Below, piece by piece: positions 17,602-24,902 of a stretch of DNA of 64,000 bases (the first letter of the stretch is position 1; each line of letters opens with the position of its first letter). The DNA is taken from NCBI RefSeq assembly GCF_965601775.1, contig NZ_OZ271837.1, forward strand, positions 2,374,990 through 2,438,989, given 5' to 3'. The notes under the pieces are model-generated. The model had not been told where the DNA came from. It worked only from the letters and a program-made list of their open reading frames with translations, and did not search any database. The translations under genes were made by a program, and so were the position numbers. Source of the stretch: Flagellimonas sp. Its GTDB lineage: Bacteria; Bacteroidota; Bacteroidia; Flavobacteriales; Flavobacteriaceae.

Positions 17602-19032
17602 ATGTTGTCATATAATTTCAAATACGAGCTGAAACTTCTTTTGCGCAGCAGATGGATTCAACTCTTAAGCATCATTCTATTGGTATTATTTGGATTTTCG
17701 ACTTATAACGGTCTACAAAAAATAGAAAAACGCGAAAAAGATATAGCGGATGCGCATCTCGAAGTTAAAGAGAATGATATAATGATGTTGAAACTACTTG
17801 ATTCGGTGGAACGTGGAATGCAGGTAAGCGCATCCAGATGGACTATTCCCACCAACCCCATGGCTGTAGGAAACTATCGCCCAAGGGTCGCTGCGATGGA
17901 CCCACAACCCATGGCTTTTATTGCCACAGGTCAGGGAGACCTATTCACGCATTATGTAAAACCAAAAGTATCCGGAGACGATTTCGCTTTGAACTTTGCT
18001 GAAATGACTAGTCCAGTGCAATTGCTATTTGGCAGTTTTGATTTGGCGTTTGTGATTGTTTACCTTCTTCCTTTACTTATAATCGCATTCTCTTACAACG
18101 TACTTTCTGCAGAAAAGGAAAGTGGCTCTCTTCGGCTCTTGGCTTCACAACCCATCAGAATTCATAGTTGGGTTTTGCAAAAATTGGGACTTCGTTTCTT
18201 CTGGCTTTCCGTACTTGTTATTGGAACTCTAGTTCTTGTTTTTTTCGCAGTAGGTCTGAATCCATTTTCTGATGTGGCTACCTTTTTGGGACTTATCGCA
18301 CTGGTTTTGGCTTATATGCTGTTTTGGTTTGCTATTACATTCCTAATCAACCTGTGGGTAGGCAGCTCAGCTAAGAACGCTGTAACACTGCTTGGTCTTT
18401 GGGTGGCATTCGTACTTTTAGTACCCTCAATGCTAAACCAATTGGGCAATACACTATACCCAATGCCCTCAAGGACCTTAATGATTAATGAAATGCGGAC
18501 CCTTAAGGCAGAATTGTCTGAGAGACAAGATGAAATATTGGACAACTACTTGCGAGACCACCCAGAATATGCAATTAATGATACTACCCAATCCCGTGGA
18601 TTCTATCATCGCTATATGGCCTCGCAAAAATTGGTTAAGGAAGAATTGTCACCACTTGTCAGCGCGTATGAGGATCAATTGAAAAAACAACAAAAATGGG
18701 TAGGAAACCTAAAATGGGTCTCTCCGGCCATAATTGCACAAGAATCCTTGAATGAGATGGCGGGAACTTCCACAAGGGATTATGAGCACTTTAGAAGACA
18801 AGTAATCGGATTTGCAGGGAAATGGAGAGAACATTTTTTACCGTTCCTATTTAACAACCAAGACTTTTCCCAAAAGGATTACACGAACCTTCCTCAATTT
18901 CAATATGAGCAAAAGTCATATGCTTCTTTTGGGGCCATTCCCATTTTATTGCTGATTTCAATAGTACTATTTGCTGTTGGATTCCTATTTTCTGGACAAA
19001 CAAAAAAAGCAGGTATGCTTAGCTCGAGCTGA
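17602..19032 (+). CDS. ABC-2 type permease with DUF3526 domain (subunit 2)
   Basis: FDLAFVIVYLLPLLIIAFSYNVLSAEKESGSLRLLASQP; start set to MLSYNF at 17602. Confidence 0.85.
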   Translation: MLSYNFKYELKLLLRSRWIQLLSIILLVLFGFSTYNGLQKIEKREKDIADAHLEVKENDIMMLKLLDSVERGMQVSASRWTIPTNPMAVGNYRPRVAAMDPQPMAFIATGQGDLFTHYVKPKVSGDDFALNFAEMTSPVQLLFGSFDLAFVIVYLLPLLIIAFSYNVLSAEKESGSLRLLASQPIRIHSWVLQKLGLRFFWLSVLVIGTLVLVFFAVGLNPFSDVATFLGLIALVLAYMLFWFAITFLINLWVGSSAKNAVTLLGLWVAFVLLVPSMLNQLGNTLYPMPSRTLMINEMRTLKAELSERQDEILDNYLRDHPEYAINDTTQSRGFYHRYMASQKLVKEELSPLVSAYEDQLKKQQKWVGNLKWVSPAIIAQESLNEMAGTSTRDYEHFRRQVIGFAGKWREHFLPFLFNNQDFSQKDYTNLPQFQYEQKSYASFGAIPILLLISIVLFAVGFLFSGQTKKAGMLSSS

Positions 19033-19033
19033 T

Positions 19034-21241
19034 ATGAAAAGATTACTTCTATTGATTCTTTTGTCCAGCTCTTGGATGGGAAAAGCACAGCAGCTTGTTG
19101 ACAACTTTCCCCCACCAGAAAATCCGGTGATTATAACAGCCTCAAGAGCCCAAGGCATGATAACCATCGATGGTCGGTTGGATGAATCCGACTGGAATTT
19201 GGCACAACCCGTTACCGATTTTTTTCGAGTAGAGCCGGTGCAAGGTGGGACAATCAAGAATCCCTCAGAAGTACGTATCCTGTACGATGACAAATACATT
19301 TATTTCGGGGTTTTTGCTTTGGATTCCCTGGGAAAAAAAGGAGTTCGGATGCAGGACCTAAGTAGAGATTTTAATGGGTTGGAGAATGATGTATTCGGCA
19401 TTCAAATTGATGCCCAAAACACCAAACAATATGCTGTTTCCTTTCAAACTACACCCTATGGTAATCAGCAAGACGTTCAAAATTTTAACGACAACAACAG
19501 GGATGAGGATTGGAACGCCCTGTGGCGCGTGCGCACCCAAAGAACAAATAAAGGGTATTTCGCTGAATTTGCCATTCCATTTAAATCCATTCGATATGAT
19601 AACCCTGTGGAAGGTATTCCAGTGGAATGGGGCATCACTTTTTTTAGACTGGCCCGGAAAGACTACGAGAAAACTGTTTTTCCGGCAATTCCCCAGTCTT
19701 TTTCAGAAAATCGTATGACCTATGCTGCCAAACTCACGGGTTTGGAAGTACCTCCCCCTTCTTCCAATATTCGTATTGAACCTTACGCACTCTACCAGTA
19801 TGATGAAAGCAGAGAGGGAGATGTGTTAGTCGATAAATTGAACAATCCCAAAATTGGCGGGGATGTCAAATGGGCCATTAGTCCAAATGCAGTACTGGAT
19901 TTAACCATCAATACGGATTTCGCCCAAGCGGATGTTGACCAAGCCGTAAACAACTTGGAACGGTTCAACATCTTTTTCCCAGAAAGACGACAATTTTTTT
20001 TGGAAAACTCTGGAATTTGGGCAGGGGCTGGCAATTCTTTTGTTCGACCTTTTTTTAGTCGTACCATAGGTCTCTCCAACGCTTTTAACGCTGCTCCGGC
20101 GCCTTTGGATGCTGGTGCGAGGTTTACGGACAGAAATGAAAATCGTACCCTAGCAGCACTCACCGTTCGTCAACGGGATACCGAAGATAGTGCAGGTGCC
20201 ACCTTTGGAGTGGCTCGCTACCTTCAGAACTATGGTAAGGAAAATAACTTTGGTGCCATGGTAACATACAGGAGGGACGATGCACTGGCCGCATTGAATC
20301 AATCCAGTCAAAATAACACCACAATTTCCATAGACGGTTTTATCCGTCCGCAGAGCGAAGTCACATTCTCCTATCTGTTATCTACTTCGATAGACAGCGA
20401 AACTGAAGAAAACGGATATGCGGGAAGATTCTTTGCTGGCAAGCGCACGAACGATTATTATATCGGTTATTTTAACAATTTTGTTAGTGAAAACTACACT
20501 CCAGACATGGGTTTTGTCCGTCAGCGAAACGTCATGCAACACAGCCCTGGAGGGTATCCCATTTTACGTCCTAAATGGTTGCCCTTTGTACGTCGTTGGG
20601 ACCCGGGGGCCTTTTTTAATTATTTCCATGATTTTGAGGACTTTGGAAATTTTCAGCAGTCCAATCTGTATATTTTTCCAATTTATACTTGGTTCAAGGA
20701 CAATAGTTTTCTAGAAGCTTCCCTCACCCCAACATGGCAGAACATCAACTTTAATTTTTCTCCTTTAGGACTAGAAATTGCGGAAGGGCGTTATAGTTAT
20801 ACGCGATACACACTTCGCTATAATTCCGATCGGTCCAAAAAGTTTTCGGGCTCAATACGATATGATTTCGGTAATTTTTATAATGGGGTTCGGAATTCGG
20901 TCATAGCAGGATTGAGGTACGCTCCAGTACCACATATCGCCATGAATATTGACTATGAAAATAACAATATTAATGGGGTAGGGATTCTATCTGAAGATTT
21001 GAATACCGATTTATATACCGGAACATTGCGATTGGCCTTAAACCCAAGAGTCCAGCTTTCTACGTTTTACCAATACAACAGCTTTGATGAACAAGGTAGA
21101 TGGAACGTCCGGTTCAGCTGGGAATACACACCATTATCCTTTATCTATATTGTATTAAATGATACTCAGACGGAAATTTTTGATCCTATACAGCAAAGCA
21201 CCCAATTCATAAGTAAAATCACCCTGTTAAAGCAGTTTTAG
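19034..21241 (+). CDS. DUF5916 protein with an N-terminal CBM9-like domain; probable outer-membrane beta-barrel
   Basis: Signal peptide MKRLLLLILLSSSWMGKAQ; IDGRLDESDW, LTINTDFAQADVD, FFPERRQFFLEN; C-terminal Phe. Confidence 0.8.
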   Translation: MKRLLLLILLSSSWMGKAQQLVDNFPPPENPVIITASRAQGMITIDGRLDESDWNLAQPVTDFFRVEPVQGGTIKNPSEVRILYDDKYIYFGVFALDSLGKKGVRMQDLSRDFNGLENDVFGIQIDAQNTKQYAVSFQTTPYGNQQDVQNFNDNNRDEDWNALWRVRTQRTNKGYFAEFAIPFKSIRYDNPVEGIPVEWGITFFRLARKDYEKTVFPAIPQSFSENRMTYAAKLTGLEVPPPSSNIRIEPYALYQYDESREGDVLVDKLNNPKIGGDVKWAISPNAVLDLTINTDFAQADVDQAVNNLERFNIFFPERRQFFLENSGIWAGAGNSFVRPFFSRTIGLSNAFNAAPAPLDAGARFTDRNENRTLAALTVRQRDTEDSAGATFGVARYLQNYGKENNFGAMVTYRRDDALAALNQSSQNNTTISIDGFIRPQSEVTFSYLLSTSIDSETEENGYAGRFFAGKRTNDYYIGYFNNFVSENYTPDMGFVRQRNVMQHSPGGYPILRPKWLPFVRRWDPGAFFNYFHDFEDFGNFQQSNLYIFPIYTWFKDNSFLEASLTPTWQNINFNFSPLGLEIAEGRYSYTRYTLRYNSDRSKKFSGSIRYDFGNFYNGVRNSVIAGLRYAPVPHIAMNIDYENNNINGVGILSEDLNTDLYTGTLRLALNPRVQLSTFYQYNSFDEQGRWNVRFSWEYTPLSFIYIVLNDTQTEIFDPIQQSTQFISKITLLKQF

Positions 21242-21251
21242 TCTAAAAGTA

Positions 21252-21316
21252 AAAAGGTTTCCTTAAAAAGTATACTCTCTAAGAAAACCTTTAACGCTTT
21301 AACTTGTTGGGATGAC
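21252..21316 (-). repeat. att-like duplicate of the tRNA-Pro 3' end plus its terminator; also a terminator hairpin (21253-21292)
   Basis: Hand alignment to 27555-27620 gives 55/66 identity, with a 23/24 core AACGCTTTAACTTGTYGGGATGAC. Confidence 0.85.
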
Positions 21317-21481
21317 GGACCATCATCCAATATATAAGTCGCTGTCTATCAGATAACAGCACTATTTAATCTTAAATACTCACCTCTTTGCACTTTCAAA
21401 TAGAAAAAAGTGGAGTTTTATGTAAAACCTTGATATAAAACTAAGCAAATCTGACTGAAATAAATTGATTAATCTCAAATC

Positions 21482-21512
21482 AAAAAAAGAGGCTGCCTTT
21501 TCAGACAACCTC
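21482..21512 (-). terminator. Intrinsic terminator of the 21538-21993 lipoprotein gene
   Basis: Minus strand GAGGTTGTCTGAAAAGGCAGCCTC followed by T7. Confidence 0.75.
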
Positions 21513-21537
21513 ATAATTCTTTGTTTCAAACTGATTT

Positions 21538-21993
21538 CTAGTCACCTTCACTTAAAGAGAAACTGCCATCACCATTAAAATCAGTTACAGTTATGGTTAC
21601 CGTCCAGATTCCTGATGTACCCGAAGAGGTGACCCCGTCAAACGAATCAGGTTCAACTGCACCATTTAGGCTTCTGTCCAACACGGTTGCTCCTTCAGAA
21701 TCGCGGACCACCATCTGAAAAGTTCCCTGGGCAGTGGCCGTGATATCAGCGTTGTAGTCAGCGGTGCTAAGATTATTGTTCCAACTGAACACACGAGTTG
21801 CTGTACCACCGTTACCGGTAAAGCTGGCATCAATATCCCCGTTAAAATCGGAACGGTCGCCCACTACAAAATTGGATGGGGTAGCCGTTAATTGGGTTCC
21901 ATTTACGGAAACACTTGCTGTTGGTCCATCGTCATTACTGCAGGATACCAGAACCAGTGAAAAAACCATAGCGAATAAAAGAACATGTTTCAT
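21538..21993 (-). CDS. Hypothetical lipoprotein (beta-rich, Gly/Thr/Asp-rich)
   Basis: Lipobox VLVSC, followed by SNDDG. Confidence 0.8.
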   Translation of the reverse strand: MKHVLLFAMVFSLVLVSCSNDDGPTASVSVNGTQLTATPSNFVVGDRSDFNGDIDASFTGNGGTATRVFSWNNNLSTADYNADITATAQGTFQMVVRDSEGATVLDRSLNGAVEPDSFDGVTSSGTSGIWTVTITVTDFNGDGSFSLSEGD

Positions 21994-22051
21994 AACAAAA
22001 ATTTGGTTTAAGTAGGGATAAAACGTTTAATATCATTGTTTTCGTACATAA

Positions 22052-22077
22052 AACAACCTTGGGTCAAAAACTCCTGA
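22052..22077 (-). promoter_or_regulatory. Putative ECF sigma promoter TCAGGA-N14-GTTGTT
   Basis: Same motif and spacing as 23340-23365 and 23944-23969. Confidence 0.75.
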
Positions 22078-22115
22078 AAATTTTTATTTTTTTCCTAACT
22101 CCTTGTTTTTCAAAT

Positions 22116-22143
22116 AAAAGAGAGCGGATAATCGCTCTCTTTT
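22116..22143 (-). terminator. Intrinsic terminator of the acidic lipoprotein gene
   Basis: AAAAGAGAGCG-GATAAT-CGCTCTCTTTT. Confidence 0.8.
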
Positions 22144-22222
22144 CAGCTAACGGAAAATATGGACCTGTTTTTCCGAAACTCAATACATTAATTTGAATTT
22201 CTCTAGAAGCAACCTTGTCCTC

Positions 22223-23302
22223 TTAGTTTCCTGAACAGTCGCTTTCGAAACTAAGTTCGTCATCTCCCATTCTTAGTTCAACTTCACTTTCACCAACTTC
22301 TTGCTCAATTTCATGAAGGTTCCAACTGGCATTGAAATCACTTAAATCAGGTATGTCTATGACCACGGTAATATCATTGCCGGAACCACTAGTTTCCCAA
22401 GTACCGGAGAAGGACTCTGAGTCGGTCTCCGCGGTTAAAGTTCCATCACCTGCAAAATTAAAGCGGTATGCCTCAAACTGCTCGTCCAAATCTTGATCAT
22501 TGCGTTCCAATTCATCCACGCTCCAATCTGAACAGCTGGTCAAAACATCTGAAAGTTGTTCAGTAGTGCAATTATCGCAATCATCATCATCAAAATCATT
22601 GTCGTCATCCTCATCGCAGTCATCTTCAGCATCCTCCAAAATATCCTCCAATTCATCAAGATTTGTGGCCTCGACCTCAGTACCATCGAACAAGATTACG
22701 GTAACCGGAAAATTCACTTGTACAATATCATCCTCATCAAGGTCATCAATAAACACATAAAGTTCTTGGTCATTGTTGAAGGTAATGGTGTCAATAACCT
22801 CATTGTTGGTGTTGAATACCGAGGCAGTGACTGGATATTTGATGTCTGCACATTCAATGTCATCATCAAATTCATTTTCCCCGTCACAGTCATCTGTAAA
22901 GTCTTCCAATTCATCCACATTGTTGATGACTAATTCAGTAAAATCACTTAGGATGATGGTTATGGGAAATAATATTTCCAGAATATCTTCATCGTCATCA
23001 AACTCATCAAAGATGTCTTCAATTACCTCCAAGTCTTCAGTCGAATCCACAATGATTTCAACACCGTCCACCACAACGGTTACTGGAAGTTGAATGGAAA
23101 TGCAGCTTGCATTGTCAATAATGTTGTCATCGGAACCATCTTTGGAAGCAGTGTTTCGCAATAAATTGGCCACGTTCGAATTCGCTGCCAAGGTCTCTTC
23201 CTGAGGACCTTCAATAAAAACAGACTCTTCCTCACGACAGGAGCCCAAGGAAAGTGTAAGAATCACTAGTAAAAAACTAAGTGCTTTCATGGTATTTTTC
23301 AT
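22223..23302 (-). CDS. Very acidic hypothetical lipoprotein with internal repeats
   Basis: Lipobox SLGSC; four (L/F/Y)P(V/I)T units, paired Cys residues, DDCDEDDDNDFDDDDC tract. Confidence 0.8.
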   Translation of the reverse strand: MKNTMKALSFLLVILTLSLGSCREEESVFIEGPQEETLAANSNVANLLRNTASKDGSDDNIIDNASCISIQLPVTVVVDGVEIIVDSTEDLEVIEDIFDEFDDDEDILEILFPITIILSDFTELVINNVDELEDFTDDCDGENEFDDDIECADIKYPVTASVFNTNNEVIDTITFNNDQELYVFIDDLDEDDIVQVNFPVTVILFDGTEVEATNLDELEDILEDAEDDCDEDDDNDFDDDDCDNCTTEQLSDVLTSCSDWSVDELERNDQDLDEQFEAYRFNFAGDGTLTAETDSESFSGTWETSGSGNDITVVIDIPDLSDFNASWNLHEIEQEVGESEVELRMGDDELSFESDCSGN

Positions 23303-23339
23303 AGGTTTTATATTTTACAATTGCTGTGTTCACTACTAA

Positions 23340-23365
23340 AACAACCCAAACCTAAAAACTCCTGA
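23340..23365 (-). promoter_or_regulatory. Putative ECF sigma promoter TCAGGA-N14-GTTGTT
   Basis: TTTTCAGGAGTTTTT-AGGTTTG-GGTTGTTTTA, 37 nt before the ATG at 23302. Confidence 0.75.
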
Positions 23366-23418
23366 AAAAAATTGAAGAATTTATTTTTTTACTTTTAACC
23401 TGAACCCAGCCGGACATT

Positions 23419-23943
23419 TTGAAGAAAGAGCTGCACAAGGATATATGCGAGGATTCTATATTTAGGGGACTCTATGAGCGTTTGGCCGATAGCCTGCATG
23501 ATTATCTGTATTATAAGTATGGGGAAAGGCTTGACCCAACCGATAAGACGCAAGAGGCGTTTATCAAACTTTGGGAAAATTGCAAAAAAGTAACCCCAGA
23601 TAAGGCCAAGTCATTTTTATTTACAGTGGCCAATAATTTAATGCTAAACGAGGTCAAGCATCAAAAAGTGGTTCTTAAATATCAAAACGACAAGCCCAAA
23701 GATGTAACCCACGAGTCTCCCGAATTTCTTTTGGAGAAAGAGGAGTACTTTAAAAAATATCAAGAAGTGCTGGCTAGTTTGACCGAGGAACAGCGAACAG
23801 CCTTTCTATTAAACAAAGCCGAAGGGAAAAAACATGGAGAAATTGCAGACCTATTGGGCGTTACGAGAAAGGTGGTTGAATACAGGATATATTCAGCATT
23901 CAAGGTATTGAAGACAGAATTAAAGGGTTTTAACATAAAATAA
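23419..23943 (+). CDS. ECF RNA polymerase sigma-70 factor
   Basis: DKTQEAFIKLW (region 2), KSFLFTVANN, LTEEQRTAFLLNKAEGKKHGEIADLLGVT (region 4); TTG start. Confidence 0.92.
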   Translation: MKKELHKDICEDSIFRGLYERLADSLHDYLYYKYGERLDPTDKTQEAFIKLWENCKKVTPDKAKSFLFTVANNLMLNEVKHQKVVLKYQNDKPKDVTHESPEFLLEKEEYFKKYQEVLASLTEEQRTAFLLNKAEGKKHGEIADLLGVTRKVVEYRIYSAFKVLKTELKGFNIK

Positions 23944-23969
23944 TCAGGAAAATGGACAGTTAAGTTGTT
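23944..23969 (+). promoter_or_regulatory. Putative ECF sigma promoter TCAGGA-N14-GTTGTT for fecR-TBDR
   Basis: Starts right after the sigma stop codon, 15 nt before the fecR ATG. Confidence 0.7.
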
Positions 23970-23984
23970 CCATTACAAAGTAAG

Positions 23985-24902
23985 ATGCGTATGGACAAGG
24001 ATTACTTGGTAGAAAAATGGCTGGCAGGAGAGCTCACGGAGAAGGAAGAAAAGGCTTTTGAGGCCCTTGAGGATGCAGCGTTCTTAAAAGGTATCGCAGC
24101 CGATGCCAAGAATTTCCAAGCCTCCCAGTTCTCCCAACCTAAAACCTATGAGGAATTCAAACAAGTCCTCAAACTCCAGAGCACCCCGGTACGAAAGCTC
24201 AACTGGCTAAGGCCGCTTATGCAAATTGCTAGCGTTCTAATTATAGGTTTTACTGCATACTATGCCTTTTTTTATGAAAATCTAACCCATGTGGAAACCC
24301 AATTTGGGCAGAAAATTACCGTAGAGCTTCCTGATGCATCAGTGGTTTCGGTCAATGCGCTATCTGAAATGGCATACAGCAAACATGGGTGGAACGACGA
24401 TAGAACCATTCAACTGGAAGGGGAGGCTTTTTTCGATGTAGCCAAAGGGAAACAGTTTACCGTAAGTACTCCCAAAGGTGAGGTTGCCGTTTTAGGCACT
24501 GAATTCAATGTGAAGCAAAGAGGTGATTTTTTTGAAGTACGATGTTTTGAAGGAACCGTTCGGGTCACAGTAAAAAATCAAAAGAAAATACTAGAAAAGG
24601 GAGATAACGTGCGATGGTTCAATGGGGAGATGGAAGAAGGCAAGAACAGCTATTCCACACCTCAATGGACCAAAAATGTCAGTGATTTCCAGAGGGTTCC
24701 CGTATCCCAAGTATTTGATGAGCTGGAAAGACAATACGGTATAAACATCACTTTGGATAATGTTGATAATCAACGTTTATTTACAGGCGGTTTTGTACAT
24801 GACAACCTGGATAATGCCCTAAAATCGATTGCAGTCCCTTTGGATTTGGACTTTGTTATTTTGGAAAACAAAAAAGTTAGGGTGAAGCCACGTGAAAAAT
24901 AG
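23985..24902 (+). CDS. FecR family anti-sigma / membrane sensor
   Basis: One TM helix, LPDASVVSVNALS, LEGEAFFDVAKG, VLGTEFNV, C-terminal DUF4974-like domain. Confidence 0.92.
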   Translation: MRMDKDYLVEKWLAGELTEKEEKAFEALEDAAFLKGIAADAKNFQASQFSQPKTYEEFKQVLKLQSTPVRKLNWLRPLMQIASVLIIGFTAYYAFFYENLTHVETQFGQKITVELPDASVVSVNALSEMAYSKHGWNDDRTIQLEGEAFFDVAKGKQFTVSTPKGEVAVLGTEFNVKQRGDFFEVRCFEGTVRVTVKNQKKILEKGDNVRWFNGEMEEGKNSYSTPQWTKNVSDFQRVPVSQVFDELERQYGINITLDNVDNQRLFTGGFVHDNLDNALKSIAVPLDLDFVILENKKVRVKPREK

